37,490 nucleotides of DNA, from the IMG/VR virus record IMGVR_UViG_3300045988_166160; one strand, given 5' to 3'. Below are positions 26,263 to 34,008 of this stretch, piece by piece; positions within the stretch are counted from its first letter, which is position 1; each line of letters opens with the position of its first letter. Source of the stretch: a virus. A program made the translations under genes and the position numbers. The notes beneath the pieces were generated by a model that saw nothing but the letters and a program-made list of their open reading frames with translations, ran no database searches and was not told the origin of the DNA.

Positions 26263-26685
26263 TTATTCATCTTTTCTCTTAATATTTTTTCTTCTTAATT
26301 TCTGTAACTCATAATAATCTATAAATCCATATTCATCACCATATTTTAGACTTCTCGCAACTATACTTAACTTTAAGTCCCTATAAAAATAATTGAACAG
26401 TTTTACTCTTAACTCTCCCTGTTGAGTTGTCATTCCTTTTACATCTATGTATTCAATGGATCCATCATTATGATATATAAGAAAATCCGGCGTATATGTC
26501 ATAGCTCTATATAACTTACCAAACTTTTTAAATGAATCTATTAAAGTAAATTTAGGCTGTAATTCAAAATTTTCTATTTCACCTCTATACTTTCTTATCT
26601 TTAGTGCTTCATAATATTTTGCTTCATCTTTAGAATCAAATTTAATTCCATCTACTACTACTTTATGGCTTAAATATTTACTCAT
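26263..26685 (-). CDS. DUF1064-family protein (putative PD-(D/E)XK-type nuclease / resolvase)
   Basis: KVVVDGIKFDSKDEAKYYEAL...YTPDFLIY...IEYIDVKG matches the DUF1064 pattern common at the end of phage replication modules. Confidence 0.65.
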   Translation of the reverse strand: MSKYLSHKVVVDGIKFDSKDEAKYYEALKIRKYRGEIENFELQPKFTLIDSFKKFGKLYRAMTYTPDFLIYHNDGSIEYIDVKGMTTQQGELRVKLFNYFYRDLKLSIVARSLKYGDEYGFIDYYELQKLRRKNIKRKDE

Positions 26686-26729
26686 GGTCCACCTTTTATT
26701 ATTTAGAGGGGAAATATCCCCTCCATTAA

Positions 26730-27443
26730 TTAAGCTATTATTTTAATATTTTCTAATTCTTTTAACTGTTCTTGTAAGTATCCTTTTATGTTAAGAATTG
26801 CTTTATTTCTCCATGCTCCTCCATCAGCTTCAAATATTGCTGCCTTTGGTCCTTCTTGCATTCTAAATATAAACTTACTTATTGGTTGCTCTACTTCTGG
26901 AAATGTTCTATAAGGTGCTAATTCTACTGGATTAGGTACTATAGCTTGTCCTACACTTGCCACACCTGTTTTAACTGTTACTTGCTGACTTACTCCATCA
27001 TCACCAGTAGTTTTAACTGCTTCATCTTGAACTAATCCTGTATATTTTAATAATGTTGACTTAGTTCCTACATCAACAAATGAACTTTGTAACATAATAT
27101 TAAATTGTTCTGTGCTTAAAAATCTATCATAAACAACATTGTTAGGTAATATTGCTTCTACTCTTATATACTCTTCTCTATCTCTATCAACATTTAATGG
27201 ACTATATAAAGCTACTTCCTTATGCGATTTTACTTGAATTAATAATTTTTCTGGAAGTGTATCAATATTTGATTTAATGTAATCTATTAATCCTGTTAAT
27301 GTTGATACTGTTAATGTTTCTGCTTTTGGAACTGTTACTCTAGTTAATCTTTCTTTTGTAAATGTTCCTTGTGATAAATCTACTATAGGATCTTCTTTAA
27401 TCCCTAACTCTACTAAATATTCTAATGCTTCTTTGTTTATCAT
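26730..27443 (-). CDS. Hypothetical replication-module protein
   Basis: ORF with an RBS. No family confidently recognised. Confidence 0.4.
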   Translation of the reverse strand: MINKEALEYLVELGIKEDPIVDLSQGTFTKERLTRVTVPKAETLTVSTLTGLIDYIKSNIDTLPEKLLIQVKSHKEVALYSPLNVDRDREEYIRVEAILPNNVVYDRFLSTEQFNIMLQSSFVDVGTKSTLLKYTGLVQDEAVKTTGDDGVSQQVTVKTGVASVGQAIVPNPVELAPYRTFPEVEQPISKFIFRMQEGPKAAIFEADGGAWRNKAILNIKGYLQEQLKELENIKIIA

Positions 27444-27512
27444 TTTCTATTCCACCTTTTTATTAATGTGCAAGGTTTAAGCCCCTTGCCATGGCTATAT
27501 ATTTAAAAATAA

Positions 27513-27905
27513 TTATTTAACTAATCTAATACCTTCTAAATCTATTTCTTTTTCTTCTGCAGTTGTTACTACTTCTCCAGTTTCTTCATCTACTCTCATT
27601 ACACTTTGTCCTGGAACTTGCTTCTTATATTCACTTGCTAATACTCCACCTTTTCCATCTGAACCAATAACAATTTTAGCTGCTAATGCCTTACTTGGTG
27701 CTAACTTAGTCTTTGCAACTATAGTTACTTCTGTAAGTTCTCTATCTTCTCCAGTAGATAATGTCATATCAACTGTTAACTTTCTTTTTACTTTCCAATC
27801 AGTATTAGGGTCTGTTATATTAGCTAATACTTCTCTTAATGCCATATTTACCTTTTCTGCTAATGCTCCATCTGCAAATGTTTCTAAATTTATAAACTTT
27901 TCCAT
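27513..27905 (-). CDS. Hypothetical replication-module protein
   Basis: ORF with an RBS. No family confidently recognised. Confidence 0.4.
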   Translation of the reverse strand: MEKFINLETFADGALAEKVNMALREVLANITDPNTDWKVKRKLTVDMTLSTGEDRELTEVTIVAKTKLAPSKALAAKIVIGSDGKGGVLASEYKKQVPGQSVMRVDEETGEVVTTAEEKEIDLEGIRLVK

Positions 27906-27917
27906 ACTTTTTCTCCT

Positions 27918-28682
27918 TTAATTTAAAAATTTATTTAATCTATAATTACAATTTTCTTTAAAAACAACACTAAATCTTTTGCCACATGACTCCAATATTC
28001 TTCCTGCTAATGCTTCATCCAAATCTAGTAACATTTCTGGTGTACATTCTGTTGATATTATCATTGGCATATAGTTAAAATATCTATAATTAAGAATTGG
28101 ATATATGTGTTTAATATCACTTTCATTTAATTCATATGATATTTTTCCCTTCTTAACTTTATCTTTAAATAAATCATCAATAATAAGAACTTTAGCCTTT
28201 TTATATCTATTAACTAGCCTGTCATAATCTTCTTGATACATAGCTAATGCTTTCAGCTCTCTAATAACTTCTAAATAAGGCATATATACTACAGATATTT
28301 TTTTATCTAATAGAGCCTTTCCTATAGCTAAAACAATATGAGTTTTTCCTGCTCCTGGTTGTCCCATTAAACAAAAACTATTTTCTCTACAACTTTTTAT
28401 ATCATCAAAGCTAGTAATATAATTTACTGCTTTATCTCTAGCTTTTTCAGTTATATCATTGTATGGTTTATATTCTCTTAGCAGCTTAATATCTTTTATT
28501 TTCACTCCAAAGTTTTCCCATAGCCTATTCAAATAATCTTCTGTATAACATGAGCACCTTACATATGAACCTTCTTTTTCTATCCAGCTTGTATCATGGC
28601 ATTTATTGCACTTATAATCATTCAAAGTTGTATTGGCTCCATTTGCTCTCACTTGGCTTAATATCCTGTTTAATGCCTCCAT
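27918..28682 (-). CDS. DnaC/IstB-like AAA+ helicase loader with an N-terminal Cys-rich (zinc-ribbon-like) segment
   Basis: Walker A is MGQPGAGKTHIV and Walker B is VLIIDDL. The N-terminus carries CNKCHDTSW...RCSC. The annotated start overlaps the upstream gene by 65 nt. Confidence 0.8.
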   Translation of the reverse strand: MEALNRILSQVRANGANTTLNDYKCNKCHDTSWIEKEGSYVRCSCYTEDYLNRLWENFGVKIKDIKLLREYKPYNDITEKARDKAVNYITSFDDIKSCRENSFCLMGQPGAGKTHIVLAIGKALLDKKISVVYMPYLEVIRELKALAMYQEDYDRLVNRYKKAKVLIIDDLFKDKVKKGKISYELNESDIKHIYPILNYRYFNYMPMIISTECTPEMLLDLDEALAGRILESCGKRFSVVFKENCNYRLNKFLN

Positions 28683-29418
28683 CTACTCCATTTGCTCTCC
28701 TTTTTTCCAATATTCCTTTTACATAGCTATAACTATGTTTTCCATTATTATCTGCTATATCTATAGCCTGCTTTACTTCCTCTAATGAATACATCTCTAT
28801 ATCTGCTTGTACTTGTTCTGCAATTATAGGACTTATAGATACAAATCCTCTTTGTTGCATATATAGATAAATATTAAAATCACCACTACAACCACTTATT
28901 TCATTATTGTTTTCTTTACTTTTCTTTACTTTACTTTTCTTTACTTTACTTTGGGGATTAATGTCATCAGAAACTTCTTCATTATCGTGATTAATGTCAA
29001 CAATAATTAAGTTTTTGTATACATTAATTGCTTTTTCATCTAAAAGTAAGTATTCTTTCTTAATTTCAACCTTAGTTCTACGACCTACTGCTTCTAAATA
29101 TCTTGATTGAATCCCCTTAGAAGTAAGTATTTTCTTACTTTCTAAGAGATTTCTATCAAATAACCCCCACTTTATACAATCATTAATGACAACATTAATT
29201 GAGTTAATGTCAACATTAATTCTTTTAGAGAAGAGTAATTGTTCCTTTTCTGTCCACTCATAGAAGTAACTGCTCTTATAAATCTTCATTAATAGTTTTA
29301 TAACTATAGCAAAACCTACTACTCCATGTTGAGCTTCTATGAGTGCTATTTTGTCATCTTGATCCATATCTACATCTAAAGGAAAATAATCTAATCCATT
29401 TTTTTGTGGTCTTGCCAT
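28618..29418 (-). CDS. Replisome organiser (DUF4373 N-domain plus DnaD-like C-domain)
   Basis: MARPQKNGLDYFPLDVDMDQDDKIALIEAQHGVVGFAIVIKLLMKIY is DUF4373/Lin1244-like. The C-terminal IMSYSLEEVKQAIDIADNNGKHSYSYVKGIL is DnaD-like. A KVKKS tandem linker joins the two. Confidence 0.75.
   Translation of the reverse strand: MARPQKNGLDYFPLDVDMDQDDKIALIEAQHGVVGFAIVIKLLMKIYKSSYFYEWTEKEQLLFSKRINVDINSINVVINDCIKWGLFDRNLLESKKILTSKGIQSRYLEAVGRRTKVEIKKEYLLLDEKAINVYKNLIIVDINHDNEEVSDDINPQSKVKKSKVKKSKENNNEISGCSGDFNIYLYMQQRGFVSISPIIAEQVQADIEMYSLEEVKQAIDIADNNGKHSYSYVKGILEKRRANGVDGGIKQDIKPSESKWSQYNFE
28911..28952. repeat. 15-nt tandem repeat (ttttctttactttac x2 plus a partial copy) inside the organiser gene linker
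   Basis: Read directly from the sequence; encodes SKVKKSKVKKSK. Confidence 0.8.
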
Positions 29419-29428
29419 TTAAAATCAC

Positions 29429-30253
29429 CTACTCTTTTAACTCTTCAACTTCTTGTACTGGTTCTGTATATTCTACTTCTTCTATTACTTCTCCAGCTTC
29501 AAAATCTATTTCCATAGTATCTTCATTTAAAATACTTTCTTTGATTGTATTATTATCAGCTGTGTAAGCTTTTTGCATTTCTATAGATAATATTCCCCAT
29601 TTAGATAGTAAATTTCTTATAACTGTCTTTTTTGCCATACTATCAAAATCTGTTTGCCATACACCATTTTTAAAATTATATGTTTTTGAAAATTTCTTTG
29701 CATGAGCTTCCATATCTTCTTTGCTCCAATAAACTGTTTTTTCAAATCCATTTAATAATTTAAAATATCCAGCATATCCAATTACTTTATTTGACTTTCT
29801 TTCAGTAAAATCAATTTCTACTTCTTCACTTAATGGATTCCAACTTATAAGTTCTCCCTCTCTAATTTCAACTACATTTATTGCTTTATATTGCCCTGTT
29901 CTTAAAGCTAATTGAATAAATCCTTTATACCCCATTTGAAATTGAGCTTTATCCTTATAAGGTACTACCCATGCATACCCTAAATTTTTATCTACCGGTA
30001 AATCCATTGTTGCTGCTACCATACAACTTGCAATTACACTCATAGGTTCACATTTCTTTAAATTAGTATCTGAATTAACTAAATTAACAATACTACTCAT
30101 ATATTGAGGTGCTCTTTCACATAAAACTTCCTCAAATCTTTTCTTAACTGCTGGACTATCCATAAGTCCTTTAACACTATTTGCTATTGCAGGGGCTTGT
30201 CCTACTAATTCCTTCTTTGCTAATTGATTTTTTAAACTACTTGCTGTTGCCAT
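29429..30253 (-). CDS. recT: RecT-family single-strand annealing recombinase
   Basis: CEPMSVIASCMVAATMDLPVDKNLGYAWVVPYKDKAQFQMGYKGFIQLALRTGQYK is a typical RecT core. Paired with the YqaJ exonuclease upstream. Confidence 0.85.
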   Translation of the reverse strand: MATASSLKNQLAKKELVGQAPAIANSVKGLMDSPAVKKRFEEVLCERAPQYMSSIVNLVNSDTNLKKCEPMSVIASCMVAATMDLPVDKNLGYAWVVPYKDKAQFQMGYKGFIQLALRTGQYKAINVVEIREGELISWNPLSEEVEIDFTERKSNKVIGYAGYFKLLNGFEKTVYWSKEDMEAHAKKFSKTYNFKNGVWQTDFDSMAKKTVIRNLLSKWGILSIEMQKAYTADNNTIKESILNEDTMEIDFEAGEVIEEVEYTEPVQEVEELKE

Positions 30254-30255
30254 AA

Positions 30256-31164
30256 TTATTTATCCTCCTTGATATTAAATTTTCTGCTACTACTTTTTTT
30301 AATAACTTTTTCATAAATTTCTGGATAGTCTGCTTTCAACTTTTTACTATCTACCCTATTAGATGAAACCTTTTTCCAACTTAAACTATATCCAGGAGCA
30401 TATGCATACTCTGCATCTCCTATTTCAAATTTAATTTGATTTTCTAATTCCTGTATCTTATTTTCAAAGGCTTTCAATTCTTTTTTCATATCTAAATAGG
30501 TTTTTATCTTATCTTTATATTCAAAACCTAATTCTATTGCTTTATTTTCTTCTACTTCTTTATATCTCTCTTTAAGATATTTTTCTGCTGCACTTGATCC
30601 ATCTAAAGCAGGTGGTGTTTTTGATTCAACCAAACTCCAAAAGTCCTTCTCTAACTGAATAATCATTTCAATTAATTCTTCATCTCTAGGTACTTCTTTC
30701 CATATAAATTTTTGACCACCTACTAAGACTGCTATATATCCTCTATCTGCTCCTGTAACGGCTAAATAATGTTGAACTTGTAGCAAATAACTTGCTGGTA
30801 TTTCTTCATCTTCCCATTCTTTTAACAAATACTGATTAGCTGTTTTACACTCAAGAATTGCATTTTGTCCTACTATTTTTCTATCTATGTTAGCTACCAT
30901 AAAAGGATATTCTTTATGTTTATAATGCTTTCTATCTCTTCTTACTTTTAGTCCTGTTCTCTTTTCAAACTCCTTAGCAACTACATCCTCAAATATATCT
31001 CCAAAATAAGCACTTTCTGATTGCTCTTTAACCTCTGTTATAGGCTCTGTTTTTTCTATATATACTTCAAACTGTGTTTTATACTTATTAACTCCTGCTA
31101 TTGCTCCAACATCACTTCCACCAATTCCACATTGCCTTTCCTTAAGCCATTCAAGTTTATCCAT
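30256..31164 (-). CDS. YqaJ-like (lambda Exo-type) recombination exonuclease
   Basis: WLKERQCGIGGSDVGAIAG is the YqaJ N-terminus. PD-(D/E)XK-type residues occur in ...NIDRKIVGQNAILECKT. Confidence 0.8.
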   Translation of the reverse strand: MDKLEWLKERQCGIGGSDVGAIAGVNKYKTQFEVYIEKTEPITEVKEQSESAYFGDIFEDVVAKEFEKRTGLKVRRDRKHYKHKEYPFMVANIDRKIVGQNAILECKTANQYLLKEWEDEEIPASYLLQVQHYLAVTGADRGYIAVLVGGQKFIWKEVPRDEELIEMIIQLEKDFWSLVESKTPPALDGSSAAEKYLKERYKEVEENKAIELGFEYKDKIKTYLDMKKELKAFENKIQELENQIKFEIGDAEYAYAPGYSLSWKKVSSNRVDSKKLKADYPEIYEKVIKKSSSRKFNIKEDK

Positions 31165-31332
31165 TTATTTATCCTCCTTTGTATCAAAATATAATCTATC
31201 AGTATTGCCATCATATCTAATGTTAGATATATACCAATCTGTATTATCAGAATCATAAACTTTAAAACCTTCTTCATTCAGTATGTTTATAATAGCTACT
31301 AAAATCTTTAATAATACTTTAAAAGCTTTCAT
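31165..31332 (-). CDS. 55-aa hypothetical protein (below the ORF-track cutoff)
   Basis: Hand translation gives MKAFKVLLKILVAIINILNEEGFKVYDSDNTDWYISNIRYDGNTDRLYFDTKEDK. GGAGGAAGT lies directly before the ATG, and the TAA abuts the ATG of the exonuclease gene. Confidence 0.55.
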   Translation of the reverse strand: MKAFKVLLKILVAIINILNEEGFKVYDSDNTDWYISNIRYDGNTDRLYFDTKEDK

Positions 31333-31348
31333 ACTTCCTCCATTTTTA

Positions 31349-31624
31349 TTAAATTTTCTTGTGTATATCTTTATCTAGTGATATACTGTCATTGATTTCT
31401 TTTGAATTGATTGAATCTGAATCTACATGAGCGCCAACTCTTTCAGATCCTATCAATTCTTTTGCTTTTTCTACAGCTTCTATATAGTCTAATCCTTCTT
31501 TTGCAATTAACTTCTGTGCTTGGCAAACTACCTTGTCCAACTCTTGGCTAATAGCAACAGTTCTTTTATCTGTTAGCCCATATTCATCAATAGCTTCATG
31601 AAGTTTTTCTCTTAATTCTTTCAT
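31349..31624 (-). CDS. Spo0E-like aspartyl-phosphate phosphatase family protein
   Basis: LREKLHEAIDEYGLTDKRTVAISQELDKVV contains the Spo0E-family SQELD signature in the expected helix-turn-helix-hairpin context. Confidence 0.7.
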   Translation of the reverse strand: MKELREKLHEAIDEYGLTDKRTVAISQELDKVVCQAQKLIAKEGLDYIEAVEKAKELIGSERVGAHVDSDSINSKEINDSISLDKDIHKKI

Positions 31625-31626
31625 GA

Positions 31627-31761
31627 TTACCTCCTAATTCTCTTGATTAGCTTGTCTACTACATCTAAAATAGATGTAATTATTGCTATAACTCCGATTA
31701 TTATTACTAGAGCTATTGGCATAACAAACGTAAATGCTCCCCACCAATTAAAACCTTCCAT
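31627..31761 (-). CDS. 44-aa single-TM peptide (below the ORF-track cutoff)
   Basis: Hand translation gives MEGFNWWGAFTFVMPIALVIIIGVIAIITSILDVVDKLIKRIRR. GAGGTAATC precedes the ATG, and the stop lies within the RBS of the Spo0E-like gene. Confidence 0.5.
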   Translation of the reverse strand: MEGFNWWGAFTFVMPIALVIIIGVIAIITSILDVVDKLIKRIRR

Positions 31762-31771
31762 GATTACCTCT

Positions 31772-32518
31772 CTAAAATAAATTCAAAATAAAATCTCTGC
31801 CTTTGCCTGTCCACTTTCTGTCATATATTATTTTTCCGTTATCCAATACATCTTGCTTAATACTAACTAAACCTAATTCAGAATACTTAGAATATAAAAG
31901 CCAAGTTTTATTTTGCTTATACTGTATCTTCTTTTCTGACAATAAATTATTAAGCTTTGTAGCACTACTTAACCCTAATTCCTTAGCAATTTCTGATGTT
32001 GTGTACAACTTATTTTGATGTACTAGCTTGTCCCTTTGCTTCTCTGCTTCTAACCTTGCAGCTCTTTCCTCTTTTAATTTTGTTGCTGCTGCTATAAGTA
32101 AATCTGGATTATCTAACAATTCATCTGTTGCATACATTCCGTATTTTCTCATGCTTGGTAATACTTCTGTCGCTAACCACATTTGAAACTTTTTAGCAAC
32201 ATCATTATTTGCTTTCATTCCAAGTAGATAAAATAAACTTTCTGGAATGTAATCATCTTTCCCCACAAGTGGAGAATTTCCAAACTCACTAATAAATCCA
32301 TTAATCCTCTCCCATTTAGGATATTTTTTATTATTTTTAATTTGATACCAACCAAAGCCTATAGCTGTATCTTCTGCATTTAAAGAAATACTTCTATCTT
32401 CATTTTTAATTGCTCTTACTTCAAGTTCTAATTCTTCATTAATGAATAATTGAACTCCTTCTTTTTTTTGATATTTTACATTTTCCATCTTTTTATCCTC
32501 CATTATCTTTATATTCAA
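31772..32518 (-). CDS. Phage antirepressor (Bro-N/AntA-like N-domain plus KilAC C-domain)
   Basis: LFINEELELEVRAIKNEDRSISLNAEDTAIGFGW is Bro-N-like. The C-terminal TTSEIAKELGLSSATKLNNLLSEKKIQYKQNKTWLL is KilAC-like. Confidence 0.75.
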   Translation of the reverse strand: MNIKIMEDKKMENVKYQKKEGVQLFINEELELEVRAIKNEDRSISLNAEDTAIGFGWYQIKNNKKYPKWERINGFISEFGNSPLVGKDDYIPESLFYLLGMKANNDVAKKFQMWLATEVLPSMRKYGMYATDELLDNPDLLIAAATKLKEERAARLEAEKQRDKLVHQNKLYTTSEIAKELGLSSATKLNNLLSEKKIQYKQNKTWLLYSKYSELGLVSIKQDVLDNGKIIYDRKWTGKGRDFILNLF

Positions 32519-32522
32519 CGGT

Positions 32523-32653
32523 ATTTTTCGCCATTATGTTATTTTTAAAAGGCTTATCGCCTTATCTAGTCTTTATATTTACTTTTTCTACATCATTTTT
32601 CGCACATTCGACCTTTTAAAAAGGCTTTTCAGCCTTGCTTGTCTTATGTTTAA
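32523..32653. repeat. Two imperfect ~59-nt direct repeat units, each with a short aaggc...gcctt hairpin, in a 230-nt non-coding gap
   Basis: Both units start with atttttcgc (32523 and 32595, 72 nt apart) and share ttttaaaa(a)ggctt...gcctt...gtctt(t)at. Confidence 0.6.
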
Positions 32654-32750
32654 AATTCATTTTGTTAAAATGCTATTCATTGCAGCACTTATTACACTTT
32701 CTTTAATTTCATCTAAAAGTACTATGCAATAATTCGGTGTTGCTTCTGGA

Positions 32751-33032
32751 TTAGCTTCCAATATTTTTTCTACTATCTCCTTCTTCAATTGCTTTCTTTC
32801 CTCTAAATTCATACTTTCCTCCTACTTTTATAAAATCTTCTTCTGTCCAACCCCTTATCTTAAAAATCTCTGTTGCCCATGCTTCTCCGAAAGTAATTTC
32901 CAAAGCATTAACTAATCCTTGATAATATCTTTGTGAAATTTCTTTTATCTTTTCTGGATCTTCTACTGGGTTGATACAAACGGCCTTAAATTTACTTCCT
33001 GGTATTGTAAAAACTTCTGTTCCTAAACCCAT
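32751..33032 (-). CDS. Hypothetical early protein
   Basis: ORF downstream of the cro-like gene. No motif recognised. Confidence 0.45.
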   Translation of the reverse strand: MGLGTEVFTIPGSKFKAVCINPVEDPEKIKEISQRYYQGLVNALEITFGEAWATEIFKIRGWTEEDFIKVGGKYEFRGKKAIEEGDSRKNIGS

Positions 33033-33070
33033 AGCTTACCTCTTTTAAATTTTTTATTAACATATGATAT

Positions 33071-33334
33071 TCAAATTTCATTGGTTTGTTCATTTTCTAT
33101 TTCCCTATACTCTAAGCTTTTTGTATTCATTTTGAATACATTGTTTTTAAAAAAAATTTCTTCTATGCTGTATCCAAATAATTTTGCTAAAGAATTTGCT
33201 TCCATTAAACTAAATTCTCTTTTCCCATTTTCTTTATTATTATAACTATTTAGGCTTATTCCCAGGAATTTTGCTAAATCTTCTTGCCTTAAACCCTTTA
33301 CTGCCCTTAAAGCTTTAATGTTTTGTGTATACAA
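33071..33334 (-). CDS. Cro-like XRE-family HTH regulator
   Basis: NIKALRAVKGLRQEDLAKFLGISLNSYNNKENGKREFSLMEANSLAKLFGYSIEEIF is a Cro/C1 HTH. The gene is divergent from the repressor gene and preceded by AGGAGG. Confidence 0.85.
   Translation of the reverse strand: MYTQNIKALRAVKGLRQEDLAKFLGISLNSYNNKENGKREFSLMEANSLAKLFGYSIEEIFFKNNVFKMNTKSLEYREIENEQTNEI
33123..33139. promoter_or_regulatory. Distal operator copy (perfect palindrome gtattca-ttt-tgaatac) inside the 3' end of the cro-like gene
   Basis: Same motif as the intergenic operators, with exact 7+3+7 symmetry. Confidence 0.6.
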
Positions 33335-33357
33335 CTATTTTCCTCCTTTCAATTAAG

Positions 33358-33374
33358 GTATTCATTTTGAAAAC
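33358..33374. promoter_or_regulatory. Operator copy (gtattcattttgaaaac; one good half-site) downstream of the cro promoter
   Basis: Shares TATTCATTTTGA with the perfect sites. Confidence 0.5.
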
Positions 33375-33387
33375 ACCTTATGTTTAT

Positions 33388-33416
33388 ATAATAGTATTCA
33401 TTTTGAATACTGTCAA
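33388..33416 (-). promoter_or_regulatory. Near-consensus sigma-A promoter for the cro-like/early operon (TTGACA-17 nt-TATTAT)
   Basis: The minus strand reads TTGACA gtattcaaaatgaatac TATTAT. The 17-nt spacer is exactly the palindromic operator. Confidence 0.7.
33393..33411. promoter_or_regulatory. Central operator (perfect palindrome agtattca-ttt-tgaatact)
   Basis: Has 8+3+8 perfect symmetry and occupies the spacer of the cro promoter. Confidence 0.7.
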
Positions 33417-33432
33417 CACTTTTTTTCATAAA

Positions 33433-33449
33433 ATATTCATTTTGTGTTA
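33433..33449. promoter_or_regulatory. Operator copy (atattcattttgtgtta; one good half-site) on the repressor side
   Basis: Shares TATTCATTTTG. Lies just upstream of a possible repressor promoter (TTAACA 33456-33461, 16-nt spacer, TACAAT 33478-33483). Confidence 0.45.
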
Positions 33450-33556
33450 TTTTTTTTAACATTGTTTTCAAATCGTGTACAATATATATAAATCGAAAAT
33501 ATTTAACGATTTTTAAATTGATATTTTAGAGATACTAATTAATATGGAGGTTTTTA

Positions 33557-33943
33557 TTGATTATGGGAACATTCGGAGATAGATTAAAGGAATTAAGACT
33601 AGAAAAGGACCTTACTCAACCAGCTTTCGGAAAAATTTTTAATGTTGAAAAAGGCACTGTATCTAATTGGGAAAATGAAAATAGATTCCCTGATAAGAAC
33701 ACCTTAAAAGCATTGGCAGATTATTTTGATGTTTCTCTAGATTATTTACTAGGAAGAAGTGATATTAGAAAACCACTAAATATAGATCCATTATTTCAAG
33801 GTGCTGGTGGAGAAAAATTTTCTGAAGCTGTTGAAACAATAGCCGCTCACTTAGAATCTAAAGATAAAGAAATTACACCAAAGAAAATGAAACTACTTAA
33901 AAGTTATATAGATACTTTATTTGATGATTTTGATGATGAATAG
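33557..33943 (+). CDS. CI-like / ImmR-like HTH repressor (no peptidase domain)
   Basis: FGDRLKELRLEKDLTQPAFGKIFNVEKGTVSNWENENRFPDKNTLKALADYFDVSLDYLLGRSD is a Cro/C1 HTH, and there is no S24 LexA-like domain. The start is TTG at 33557 (6 nt after GGAGG) or ATG at 33563. Confidence 0.85.
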   Translation: MIMGTFGDRLKELRLEKDLTQPAFGKIFNVEKGTVSNWENENRFPDKNTLKALADYFDVSLDYLLGRSDIRKPLNIDPLFQGAGGEKFSEAVETIAAHLESKDKEITPKKMKLLKSYIDTLFDDFDDE

Positions 33944-34008
33944 ATAAAATGTAAAGAAATCTAAAATACTTTAGATAAAATAATTTATAAAAGGGATGGG
34001 ATAAACAT

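Noticed and set aside
28911-28952. Short tandem repeats considered as a CRISPR-like or minisatellite array
   Set aside because: There are only 2.6 copies of a 15-nt unit with no spacers, and they lie in frame inside a coding linker (KVKKS repeats). No CRISPR array is present anywhere in the window.
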